Shown here: piece by piece, positions 1 through 12,024 of the stretch | Layout: the number at the start of each line of letters is the position of its first letter | Numbering within the stretch: the stretch's first letter is position 1 | Assembly: GCA_964464105.1 (NCBI GenBank) | Contig: CAYXEY010000001.1 | Coordinates: 1-43,278, forward strand | DNA: 43,278 nucleotides | DNA from: an uncultured Planctomycetaceae bacterium | GTDB lineage: Bacteria; Planctomycetota; Phycisphaerae; UBA1845; UTPLA1 | Direction: 5' to 3' | The notes under the pieces: generated by a model | Databases searched by the model: none | What the model saw: only the letters and a program-made list of their open reading frames with translations | Told to the model about the DNA's origin: nothing | Made by a program: the position numbers and the translations under genes

Positions 1-2
1 CC

Positions 3-551
3 GAAGCGGCCTTCCCATTTCCCGCCCCGGCGCACGCCGACGCCTACGCCTACCTGTTCGCCGGCCCGGCGCGCTTCTCCGCCGCAGCCGCCGGCATCCG
101 CTTCGACGCGCGCTACCTGGGCCTGCCGGTGCGCCGCGACGAGAAGGCGCTGCAGGCGATGCTGCAGCGCGCGCTGCCACTCACCGTGCTGCAGTACCGC
201 CGCGACCGCCTGCTGGTGCACAGCGTCGCCCAGCTGCTGGCCGCCAACCCGGCCGCTGCCCACACCGCCGAAGAGGTCGCCGCGCAACTGAACCTGTCGG
301 TGCGCACCCTGCACCGGCAGCTCAAGGAAGAATGCGTGTCGCTGCAGCGGCTAAAGAACGAGGTGCGGCACCAACACGCGGCTAACCTGCTCCTGCAGAC
401 GAGCAGGCCAGTAAAGCAGATCGCGGCAGCGGTGGGGTTCGACAGCGAGAAGAGTTTTGCTCGGGCGTTCAGGGAGTGGACCGGGGTGGCGCCGAGCGCG
501 TATCGGACAAGTGCTTCTTCACCGCCCCCAACACCTCGAACACCCCATTGA
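3..551 (+). CDS. AraC/XylS-family transcriptional regulator, C-terminal part (5' end lies outside the window)
   Basis: Frame 3 is open from base 3; the listed start at 129 is an internal GTG. Double HTH typical of the family: 'AEEVAAQLNLSVRTLHRQLK' and 'IAAAVGFDSEKSFARAFREWTGVAPSAYR'. Stop at 549-551. Confidence 0.8.
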   Translation, partial: EAAFPFPAPAHADAYAYLFAGPARFSAAAAGIRFDARYLGLPVRRDEKALQAMLQRALPLTVLQYRRDRLLVHSVAQLLAANPAAAHTAEEVAAQLNLSVRTLHRQLKEECVSLQRLKNEVRHQHAANLLLQTSRPVKQIAAAVGFDSEKSFARAFREWTGVAPSAYRTSASSPPPTPRTPH

Positions 552-587
552 TTCAAACCGCAGCGCCCAAGGGTTTCCCCTTGGAGC

Positions 588-657
588 TTAAGTGTTCTGA
601 CCGATTGTTGCATTTGGGGCCGTACGCTCAAATGCATCCGGGCCGAACACGATACGG
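588..657 (+). promoter_or_regulatory. Promoter-like element, copy A (GTGTTC-T-GACC-G-ATTG core; putative -35 TTGTTG at 605-610 and -10 TCAAAT at 628-633, 17-nt spacer)
   Basis: 52/70 identical (hand count, ungapped) to the reverse complement of 30061-30130 directly upstream of bbsA. Inverted arm GGCCGAACAC at 641-650. Lies 381 nt upstream of the chemoreceptor ATG. Confidence 0.4.
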
Positions 658-1014
658 CTCCCGCCAAGATATGCCGCCGCCCCCCTCCCGGCCCCTCCGC
701 CCGATCCCCTCCATCGGTCCGCCAAGAGCCCCCTCGCGATGAAGGTCAAACGAATTCATTCGCAGCCACCTTTGCGCATGGGGCCAACAACAGACATCGG
801 GCCGTTCGAGGTGGCTCCAGAGTTGCCCCCGTTCTCGCCGCGGCGAGACGCCACACGCCGCAAGCCCCCGTCAGACGAAATCGTCCGGTTCAAAAGGAAC
901 ATCAACAAGAACCGTCAGCCAGGAATTCTCCCGTGGCAACTGTCTGATGGCACCAGAACCTCTTATCGCCCGTCAATCAGAAGAACAAGAATCTGAGAAA
1001 ATGAGGACCGCACC

Positions 1015-2916
1015 ATGCACGCACTTAGAAGTCTAAGCATAAAAAGGAGACTATGGATTCCTGTATTTGTTCAGCTCCTGTTCCTCATCCTGATTGGCAC
1101 CTCCTACGTCCGCAGTTCGGAGCTGAGCGAGAAGCAGCAGGCGGATAGTGCAGCAACCGCAAGCCTCGCTTCAGCCGTGCGAGCGGTCGGCAGCGGCGTG
1201 CAGAACTATCTGTATGGAAAGGCAGAGTATGGCGCCGTGCAACAGCGACTACGCGAGGCCGAAGCGGCAGCCCTCGCGCGCGCGCAGACTGATCTAACGG
1301 AACGACTCAACGAGATTGGCAGCCTGGTTGAGCAGATTCAGGACACCTTCGAGCGCAGCAATGCCATACGCAAAACTATCTTTGATCTGACCGAATATTC
1401 CATCAAACAATCCGACGCTTATATTATACAGACAAGCGACCGCCTTAACGATCCGGGCGAACACACGAAAGTCACTCAATTGGAACGCCAGGTCCTGAAA
1501 GCAGCTCTCGTCAATAGCACGGACAACCTCAGAATACAGCTTCTTTTTTCCGCCATCGAAGACGATCTGGGCCGCAGCTCGGAGCTGGTACAATTCCTTG
1601 AGCGTGGAATCGAACGCACCGCAACTGCAGCCCAAAGACTCGCAGGGACTCCACTTCAGCATATGGCGATCGAAGGCGGCAAGGCAAATCAACAAATCCG
1701 TGATCTTGTACAGCGCCATATCAAGAACGTCGAACGACGCACGGAAGCCTCCAAGCATGTATTTTCAATCACCGATAGCCTCCTTGACTCCATCCGCAAG
1801 CTCGAGACCAACCGCCAGAAAATGGTGTTTGACGCCTTTACCAGCTTCCTGAGCACACTGATGCTCGTCATGCTTATTGCAACCGTCGCATTGATTCTAT
1901 TTCTTTTTGCGTTAGCTCGCAGCATCAGCAATCCGCTGCGCAATTTGACTCATACCATGGAACAACTTGCCCAAAATGGCGGCAATCTCACGTTCCGGCT
2001 GCCGGCGGAGCGTCATGACGAGATAGGCATCGTTTCTCACAGCGTCAACCAATTCATTGGCAAGCTGCAAGACATCTTTTGCGAGGTCTCGCACATTGTG
2101 GCCGCACTCGATATGGCAGCGGCGAGCACCAGCGAAAGCAATAGTGCCGTCAGCACAAATGCAGCGCAGCAGAAGCAGGAGACCACGCGTGTCGCACTCG
2201 CAATCACAGACATGGAGCGTTCCATACAGGAAGTCGCTGGCCGTGCGGCAGATGCAGCGGGCAACGCCGGCAGTGCCGACAATAACGTTCGACAGGCGCT
2301 CGAATCGCTCGAGAACAACATCCGCGGCATCGAGGACTTGGCTGCGCAGATTGCCGACACCCGCAAGCAGGTTGTCCAGCTAGAGCGTGATAGCAAGAAT
2401 ATCGGCGGCATCCTGGACGTCATCCGTGGAGTGGCCGAACAGACAAATCTGCTGGCACTAAACGCCGCAATCGAGGCAGCCCGCGCTGGTGAGCAAGGAC
2501 GAGGCTTTGCGGTGGTTGCCGACGAGGTGCGCGAACTGGCGTCCCGCACACAGGAAGCTACCCAACGCATACGGGAAATGATCGTCAATCTGCAGGGAGC
2601 GACAGACAAGGTTGCCAGCGCAATGGAGACCGGTGATGACCTGACTCAGAAATGCGTGGCGGTCGCTCGTCACGCGGGCCTGCAGCTCAATGACAGCGCA
2701 TCTGCGATAACCGAAATCAGTGATCAGACGGCCCAGATCGCAAGGGCGGTAGAGGATCAGAGCGCAGTGGCCAAGGAAATAGAACGCAATATCTTCGTCA
2801 TCGCCGACGCCGCCCACAGCACCGCGGGTGAAGCAGGCAATGCCGCCGAGACCGCTGAACAGCTGGCTGGGCAGGCTCGCCGCTTGGCAGGTTTGGTTCA
2901 TCAATTCAGTGTCTAG
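1015..2916 (+). CDS. Methyl-accepting chemotaxis protein (two TM segments, ~260-aa periplasmic helical sensor region, HAMP, MCP signalling domain)
   Basis: 633-aa ORF with GAGGA shortly upstream of the ATG. TM1 '[20 protein letters not shown]' and TM2 '[20 protein letters not shown]'. Invariant MCP hairpin tip '[38 protein letters not shown]'. Confidence 0.9.
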   Translation: MHALRSLSIKRRLWIPVFVQLLFLILIGTSYVRSSELSEKQQADSAATASLASAVRAVGSGVQNYLYGKAEYGAVQQRLREAEAAALARAQTDLTERLNEIGSLVEQIQDTFERSNAIRKTIFDLTEYSIKQSDAYIIQTSDRLNDPGEHTKVTQLERQVLKAALVNSTDNLRIQLLFSAIEDDLGRSSELVQFLERGIERTATAAQRLAGTPLQHMAIEGGKANQQIRDLVQRHIKNVERRTEASKHVFSITDSLLDSIRKLETNRQKMVFDAFTSFLSTLMLVMLIATVALILFLFALARSISNPLRNLTHTMEQLAQNGGNLTFRLPAERHDEIGIVSHSVNQFIGKLQDIFCEVSHIVAALDMAAASTSESNSAVSTNAAQQKQETTRVALAITDMERSIQEVAGRAADAAGNAGSADNNVRQALESLENNIRGIEDLAAQIADTRKQVVQLERDSKNIGGILDVIRGVAEQTNLLALNAAIEAARAGEQGRGFAVVADEVRELASRTQEATQRIREMIVNLQGATDKVASAMETGDDLTQKCVAVARHAGLQLNDSASAITEISDQTAQIARAVEDQSAVAKEIERNIFVIADAAHSTAGEAGNAAETAEQLAGQARRLAGLVHQFSV

Positions 2917-3043
2917 CGAAGACCCCGAACCATTTTGGGCCTCATTGAATCAACCGGCGGTCGATGCGTCGAAACTCGACGACGGCTTACGATGGACGAG
3001 GATAAACTAAACTCCCATCTCCAAATTCCCATAAGATGCCAGC

Positions 3044-3060
3044 GCAGCAAGCCTTGCTGC
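3044..3060. terminator. Palindrome GCAGCAAG-c-CTTGCTGC between two convergent genes (possible bidirectional terminator hairpin)
   Basis: Perfect 8+8 inverted repeat in the 199-nt gap between the chemoreceptor stop (2916) and the response-regulator stop (3116). No clear U-tract. Confidence 0.2.
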
Positions 3061-3115
3061 CGAGGCCTGTCTGCATTTTCCCACCAGCTGAGCCAGATCA
3101 GGCGATCCGCCTCGA

Positions 3116-6699
<3,584 letters not shown>

Positions 6700-7656
6700 C
6701 TACATGTTGATCCTGAATCCGCGCCCGGTCGCGTTGGCATCCGCGTGCGGATCGATGCCCGGAGAGCAACGCGGTGCGGTGCGCCTGCTCGAACGCGTAG
6801 AGGCGTCAGTCACTACTGTGCACAAGGATTACGTCTGTGCTGACCTGAACACCTCCGTGACCGACAAGCCCGCGGAGCCCCGGGCTCCGCACCGCATCCT
6901 TCCTCGCCTCCAGCGGCCGCGCACGCCTGCCTGACGCGAAGGTGCGGTGGCGCACCGCCAGCGGTTCCGGCGGTGTCCGTCTGCTGTTCGCGCTGGTCGA
7001 CGAGCGCAAGCGCTGGGCGGGCTCGGCACGCACGTTCGACTTCATCACCAAGTGGCATCCGCGCTGCCAGGCCAAGGCTGCCTGGATGGCCTGGTCCCCG
7101 GCTGGCGGCACGCTTGAGAAGACGCGCACAGGCAAGCCGGTGGGGTCGCTGGATCATCCAATCAGACGCCTTAACAAAAAAGCCAAGCGCTACCGCGTCA
7201 AACCCGGCTACCGACCTCGCCAACTCAAGGCCATTTCGCTGCCGCGACAGAACGGCGAGGGCTCCGGAGCATGAACTTGGCATGCCAGGCGCCCGCGACT
7301 CCCGGCTTCCCGGCACTTCGCGCGCCGGAAGGGCAGCGCCCGACTCCTTCCTGGACTGATCGCTCGGATCAAGGGGCTCACGCAACAGCATGCTAAATGA
7401 CTCCCGAATCAGTACATGCAGAAGGGAGCGCGGATTCCGATCGATCCAAACGCGAGCGCCGCACCAGCCTTTCCCGTCGTGCCATTTTTGCTGCACCGCA
7501 GCTAAACCAAAGTCTAATAGCCCTCAATGAGGCAAGAGCTCACCATGCCCCCACATGCATGACCAGCGAGTCTAGAGCAACCCGTGACACCTGCCGAATA
7601 CATTTTGAGCGAGCTCCGACGAAAAAGCGGAAAAGCAAGGGACATCACCACCCTGA

Positions 7657-7721
7657 TGGGTGTTCGCACCGATTGAAGTTGCCATCGAGGCAGATGCCTA
7701 ATGGAATCTCGCGAGAATCAC
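7657..7721 (+). promoter_or_regulatory. Promoter-like element, copy C, upstream of bssD (GTGTTC-G-CACC-G-ATTG core; putative -35 TTGAAG at 7673-7678 and -10 CCTAAT at 7697-7702)
   Basis: Shares the 17-nt core and the CTAATG box with copies A and B at almost the same spacing (1 nt difference from ATTG to AATG). The -10 lies 118 nt upstream of the bssD ATG at 7821. Confidence 0.4.
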
Positions 7722-7820
7722 TTCTTACGCCTTGGAAGATCGGGCTTGCAGACTGGATATGCAGGAACACTCGACCAAGCGGAACGAACATGCGCGCGAC
7801 AGCCGATCGAAACCGGCCGG

Positions 7821-8852
7821 ATGAAATTCACCACACGCGATGCAGGGGCTGACGTGAAAACTCCCTTAGTCACCGAAATACAGCGTTTTAGCTTGCAGGA
7901 TGGTCCGGGATTCCGGACGACGGTGTTCTTGAAGGGTTGCCCACTGAAATGTCCTTGGTGCCACAATCCTGAAACACAAAAGGTGACCAAGGAATACTAT
8001 TACAACCGTGATCGCTGCGTGAGCTGCGGACGGTGTGCGGCGGTCTGCCCAACCGGCGCATCGCAGCTGGTCGATGGGCCAAGAGGCACCCAGACCCTAA
8101 AGCTTGACCGCGACAAATGCACAAATTGCATGCGCTGCGTCGCTGTTTGCCTCACGGGCAGCCGCGAATCCGTCGGGGTTGAAATGACACTCGATGAGAT
8201 CCTGCAGGAAGTTTTGTCCGATGAGCCGTTTTACCGCAATAGCGGTGGCGGGGTCACAATCAGCGGCGGCGATCCTCTCTTTCATCCCGCGTTCACGTTG
8301 GAACTGGCACGCAGAATCAAGGAGCGCGGCGTCCACGTCGCGATCGAGACCTCCTGCTTTCCAAAGAAATGGGGAACGATCCAGCCGCTACTGGAGTTCG
8401 TCGACCTGTTCATCGTCGACCTGAAATCGCTGAATCCGAAAAAGCACGAGGAAGTCGTTGGCTGGCCACTGCAACCGATACTCGAAAATATCGAGCATCT
8501 CTTGCAAGCCAAGGCCGATGTTCGCATACACATCCCCGTAATCCCGGGGTTCAACGACTCCCCAACGGATTTCGAAGATTACATCACTTATTTGAGTCGT
8601 CATGCCGCGCGGCTGGACGGCGTGGACATTCTAAATTATCACGTCTATGGAGAAGGCAAGTACCGCTCCTTGGGCAGGGAAAAGGAGTACCAGTACTTGG
8701 GTGTGGAAGAGAACCCGCCCGAGAAGGTAGTACCACTCGCCAAAGGTTTGAAGCTCGCCGGCATCAAGAGCGTAACGATCGGCGGGTTGGTTGGGATCAC
8801 AGCGGACAGACACACGAGCAGTCGCGACGCTGGGACGGGGTGTATTGCATAA
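7821..8852 (+). CDS. bssD: Benzylsuccinate synthase activating enzyme (glycyl-radical enzyme activase, radical SAM with two extra ferredoxin-like clusters)
   Basis: Radical-SAM motif 'GCPLKCPWCHNPE' right after 'FSLQDGPGFRTTVFLKG'. Ferredoxin-like inserts 'CVSCGRCAAVCPTG' and 'CTNCMRCVAVC'. The internal ATG at 7821 ('MKFTTRD') is preferred over the listed 7701 start because the 40-aa extension looks non-coding. Confidence 0.9.
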   Translation: MKFTTRDAGADVKTPLVTEIQRFSLQDGPGFRTTVFLKGCPLKCPWCHNPETQKVTKEYYYNRDRCVSCGRCAAVCPTGASQLVDGPRGTQTLKLDRDKCTNCMRCVAVCLTGSRESVGVEMTLDEILQEVLSDEPFYRNSGGGVTISGGDPLFHPAFTLELARRIKERGVHVAIETSCFPKKWGTIQPLLEFVDLFIVDLKSLNPKKHEEVVGWPLQPILENIEHLLQAKADVRIHIPVIPGFNDSPTDFEDYITYLSRHAARLDGVDILNYHVYGEGKYRSLGREKEYQYLGVEENPPEKVVPLAKGLKLAGIKSVTIGGLVGITADRHTSSRDAGTGCIA

Positions 8853-8870
8853 ATCAAAGGAGACTCATCC

Positions 8871-9053
8871 ATGGGAACCACCACATGCAAGCAGTGCGCA
8901 AACTTCTTTCCCGTCCCCAAGGACGCGGATGACTACGAAGCAGGAAAGGCAGACTGCGTGCGCGAAAAGGAAGACGAAAAGGGCAAATACTGGCTCTCCA
9001 AGCCGGTATTCGAGAACAGCACGCAATGTGAAGCCTTTTACGCGAAGCGCTAA
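8871..9053 (+). CDS. bssC: Benzylsuccinate synthase gamma (small) subunit, four-Cys FeS-type
   Basis: 60 aa with AAGGAG upstream. Four Cys (positions 6, 9, 29, 53). Sits between the activase and the catalytic subunit, matching the canonical bssD-C-A-B order. 'KYWLSKPVFEN' is as remembered for BssC/TutF. Confidence 0.85.
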   Translation: MGTTTCKQCANFFPVPKDADDYEAGKADCVREKEDEKGKYWLSKPVFENSTQCEAFYAKR

Positions 9054-9076
9054 GACCAAAGCTTGAGGAGACCGCC

Positions 9077-11671
9077 ATGAACGACATCGTAAGCGCCAAG
9101 ATTCTGGAATATAAGGGGAAGACGCTCAATTTCACGCCGGAAGATCCGGCGGAAGCGAAGATTCCAGCCGACGAGTTGCACGAGCATCTGCAAAAACCTT
9201 CGACCGCTAGAACCAAGCGCTTGAAGGAGCGTTGCCGCTGGAAGCACGCATCCGCCGGCGAGTTCATCGAAAAGAGCGTCACGGCCGGCATCGAGCGCAT
9301 GCGCTATCTGACCGAAGCGCACAAGGCCAGCGAAGGCAAGCCCGAAGCCATCCGTCGCGCGCTCGGCCTGGCGAACGTTCTGAACAAGTCGACCCTGGTG
9401 CTTCAAGAGGACGAATTCATCGTCGGCTACCACGCCGAGGATCCCAACATGTTCCCGCTGTATCCCGAACTGTCCCACATGGCGGTTCAGGACTACCTGA
9501 GGAGCGACTACTCTCCACAGCCCGCCGACGAGGCTGCGGCGATCAACGAGTACTGGAAGCCGCACAGCCTGCAAAGCAAGTGCCAGCCCTACTTCGACCC
9601 GGCGGACCTGGGTCGCATGTACCAGGTCAGCAGCATGGAGGCCCCCTCCTTCGCGTCCGGTTACAACAGTATCGTGCCGCCCTACGAGACCGTCCTGGAG
9701 GACGGGCTGCTCGCGCGCATCAAGCTCGCCGAGAAGCATATCGCCGAAGCCCAGGGCGATATGTCCACCTTCCCCTGGAACGGCACCAAGGGTCTCGACA
9801 ACATCGCCAAGATCGACAACTGGAAGGCGATGGTCATCGCCTGCAAGGCGGTCATCAGCTGGGCGCGCCGTCAGGCCCGTCTGTGCCGGATCGTCGCCGA
9901 AAATTTTGAAACCGATCCGAAGCGCCAGGCCGAACTGCTCGAAATCGCCGACATCTGTCATCGCATTCCCGCCGAGCCCTGCAAGGGCCTCAAGGACGCG
10001 ATGCAGGCGAAGTTCTTCACCTTCCTGATCTGCCACGCCATCGAACGCTACGCGAGCGGCTACGCGCAGAAGGAAGACACCCTGCTGTGGCCGTACTACA
10101 AGGCTTCCGTAATCGACAAGAAGTTCCAGCCGATGGACCACATGGGCGCGGTGGAACTCGTCGAGATGGAACGTCTGAAGATTTCCGAGCACGGCGCCGG
10201 CAAGTCGCGCGCCTACCGCGAGATCTTTCCGGGTTCGAACGATCTGTTCATCCTCACCGTCGGCGGCACCAACGCCAGGGGCGAGGACGCCTGCAACGAC
10301 ATGACCGACGCCATCCTCGAGGCGGCCAAGCGGATCCGCACAGCCGAGCCTTCCATCGTCTTCCGCTATTCGAAGAAGAACCGTGAAAAGACGCTGCGCT
10401 GGGTTTTCGAGTGCATCCGCGACGGTCTCGGCTATCCGTCCATCAAGCACGACGAGATCGGCACGGAGCAGATGAAGGAATACGCCAAGTTCAGCCTGAA
10501 CGGCAACGGCGCCACCGACGAGGAAGCCCACAACTGGGTCAACGTGCTGTGCATGTCGCCCGGCATCCACGGCCGCCGCAAGACGCAAAAGACCCGCTCG
10601 GAAGGCGGCGGCTCGATCTTCCCGGCCAAGCTGCTGGAAATCACGCTGAACGACGGTTACGACTGGTCGTACGCCGACATGCAGTTGGGCCCCAAGACCG
10701 GCGATCTCGCATCGTTGAAGACCTTCGAGGACGTTTGGGAGGCCTTCCGCGAACAGTATCAGTACGCGATCAACCTCTGCATCTGCACCAAGGACGTGTC
10801 GCGCTACTTCGAGCAACGCTTCCTGCAGATGCCCTTCGTGTCCGCAATCGACGACGGCTGCATGGAACTCGGCATGGACGCCTGCGCCCTGTCCGAGCAA
10901 CCCAACGGCTGGCACAACCCGATCACGACGATCGTCGCGGCGAACTCCCTCGTGGCCATCAAGAAGCTGGTATTCGAGGAGAAGAAGTACACCCTCGAAC
11001 AACTCAGCCAGGCGCTGAAGGCGAACTGGGAAGGCTTCGAGGAAATGCGCGTCGATTTCAAGCGTGCGCCGAAGTGGGGCAACGACGACGACTACGCCGA
11101 CGGCATCATCACCCGCTTCTATGAGGAGATCATCGGCGGCGAGATGCGCAAGATCACCAACTACTCAGGCGGCCCGGTCATGCCGACTGGTCAGGCGGTC
11201 GGACTGTACATGGAAGTCGGCTCGCGCACGGGCCCCACGCCCGACGGTCGTTTCGGTGGCGAGGCAGCAGACGACGGTGGCATCTCTCCCTACATGGGCA
11301 CCGACAAGAAGGGCCCGACCGCGGTGCTGCGCTCCGTGTCGAAGGTGCAGAAGAACCAGAAGGGCAACCTGCTGAACCAGCGTCTGTCCGTGCCGATCAT
11401 GCGCTCCAAGCATGGTTTCGAAATCTGGAACTCGTACATGAAGACCTGGCACGACCTGAATATCGATCATGTTCAGTTCAACGTCGTCAGCACGGACGAA
11501 ATGCGCGCAGCGCAGCGCGAACCTGAGAAGCACCATGACCTCATCGTTCGCGTCTCGGGCTACAGCGCCCGGTTCGTCGACATTCCGACCTACGGGCAGA
11601 ACACCATCATTGCCCGTCAGGAACAGGACTTCAGCGCGTCCGATCTCGAGTTCCTGAACGTCGAGATTTGA
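9077..11671 (+). CDS. bssA: Benzylsuccinate synthase alpha subunit (fumarate-adding glycyl radical enzyme)
   Basis: 864 aa with GAGGAG RBS. Glycyl-radical motif 'RVSGYSARFVDI' near the C-terminus and thiyl-Cys loop 'NVLCMSPG'. The N-terminus 'MNDIVSAKILEYKGKTLNFTPEDPAE' is as remembered for BssA/TutD. Confidence 0.97.
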   Translation: MNDIVSAKILEYKGKTLNFTPEDPAEAKIPADELHEHLQKPSTARTKRLKERCRWKHASAGEFIEKSVTAGIERMRYLTEAHKASEGKPEAIRRALGLANVLNKSTLVLQEDEFIVGYHAEDPNMFPLYPELSHMAVQDYLRSDYSPQPADEAAAINEYWKPHSLQSKCQPYFDPADLGRMYQVSSMEAPSFASGYNSIVPPYETVLEDGLLARIKLAEKHIAEAQGDMSTFPWNGTKGLDNIAKIDNWKAMVIACKAVISWARRQARLCRIVAENFETDPKRQAELLEIADICHRIPAEPCKGLKDAMQAKFFTFLICHAIERYASGYAQKEDTLLWPYYKASVIDKKFQPMDHMGAVELVEMERLKISEHGAGKSRAYREIFPGSNDLFILTVGGTNARGEDACNDMTDAILEAAKRIRTAEPSIVFRYSKKNREKTLRWVFECIRDGLGYPSIKHDEIGTEQMKEYAKFSLNGNGATDEEAHNWVNVLCMSPGIHGRRKTQKTRSEGGGSIFPAKLLEITLNDGYDWSYADMQLGPKTGDLASLKTFEDVWEAFREQYQYAINLCICTKDVSRYFEQRFLQMPFVSAIDDGCMELGMDACALSEQPNGWHNPITTIVAANSLVAIKKLVFEEKKYTLEQLSQALKANWEGFEEMRVDFKRAPKWGNDDDYADGIITRFYEEIIGGEMRKITNYSGGPVMPTGQAVGLYMEVGSRTGPTPDGRFGGEAADDGGISPYMGTDKKGPTAVLRSVSKVQKNQKGNLLNQRLSVPIMRSKHGFEIWNSYMKTWHDLNIDHVQFNVVSTDEMRAAQREPEKHHDLIVRVSGYSARFVDIPTYGQNTIIARQEQDFSASDLEFLNVEI

Positions 11672-11684
11672 AAAGATCTACTGG

Positions 11685-11709
11685 AGAGGGGGGCTTCCTG
11701 CTCCCCTCT
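11685..11709 (+). other. Intercistronic stem-loop between bssA and bssB (10-bp stem with one G-U pair, 5-nt loop)
   Basis: AGAGGGGGGC (11685-11694), loop TTCCT, GCTCCCCTCT (11700-11709). No U-tract follows, so this looks more like an mRNA processing or stability element than a terminator. Confidence 0.35.
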
Positions 11710-11746
11710 GCTTATGGTCATACCAAGAGATATGGAGGGCTACAAC

Positions 11747-11977
11747 ATGGAAGCAGAAAAGAACTTGCAAAACCAGCCGCATGCCGAGGTCGGTACGGCG
11801 AGGCCGTGCCGTAGCTGCAAGTGGCAAACCCCCGATCCCACCGATCCGCACCGTGGGCAATGCACCGCCAACCGCCACGCCATGGGGGGCGTCTGGAAAC
11901 GCTGGCTCAGGGACGTCGAAAACACGACCTGCTCCAGACACGAGGAAGGCAAACTCAGCTTCCGCGACCACGTCTGA
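11747..11977 (+). CDS. bssB: Benzylsuccinate synthase beta (small) subunit, four-Cys FeS-type
   Basis: The ATG at 11747 has GGAGGG 8 nt upstream; the listed 11714 start is probably too long. 'PCRSCKWQTPDPTDPHRGQCTANRHAMGGVWKRW...TCSRHEEGKLSFRDHV' carries four Cys, as remembered for BssB/TutG. Confidence 0.85.
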   Translation: MEAEKNLQNQPHAEVGTARPCRSCKWQTPDPTDPHRGQCTANRHAMGGVWKRWLRDVENTTCSRHEEGKLSFRDHV

Positions 11978-12024
11978 GCATCGGACAGACGTGGCTAACC
12001 TCCCGACCATTGTAACGATAGATC

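Noticed and set aside
476-996. ORFs 476-742 and 739-996 between the AraC gene and the chemoreceptor gene.
   Set aside because: Pro/Arg-rich, no RBS, no recognisable motif. The region is better explained as promoter plus long leader. A 7-bp hairpin at 567-584 (CCAAGGG/CCCTTGG) after the AraC stop has no U-tract, so I did not list it as a terminator.
6942-7274. 110-aa ORF 'LLFALVDERKRWAGSARTFDFITKWHPRCQ...' as a possible transposase or recombinase fragment.
   Set aside because: I cannot match it to any family from memory. It overlaps an equally long ORF on the other strand in a GC-rich block. It is kept only as part of the intergenic-scar finding.
7733-7752. Sigma-54-like 'TGGAAG...TTGCA' upstream of bssD.
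   Set aside because: The GG to GC spacing is 14 nt by my count instead of the required 12, and no cognate enhancer-binding protein is encoded in the window.
7701-7820. The 40-codon N-terminal extension of bssD given by the ORF track.
   Set aside because: The extension ('MESRENHFLRLGRSGLQTGYAG...') overlaps the predicted promoter and leader and has no counterpart in activases as I remember them. The ATG at 7821 gives the usual distance to the CxxxCxxC motif.
9050-11002. 650-aa ORF antisense to bssA. Similar long antisense ORFs: 25388-27970 (+, 860 aa), 21581-23110 (+), 24448-25788 (+), 19862-21085 (-), 19957-21411 (+), 14913-16097 (-), 22280-23635 N-terminal extension.
   Set aside because: All are shadow ORFs opposite or overlapping well-supported genes. 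Their translations are Arg/Ala/Gly/Val-rich low-complexity sequence with no motifs, as expected when GC-rich codon bias removes stops on the opposite strand.
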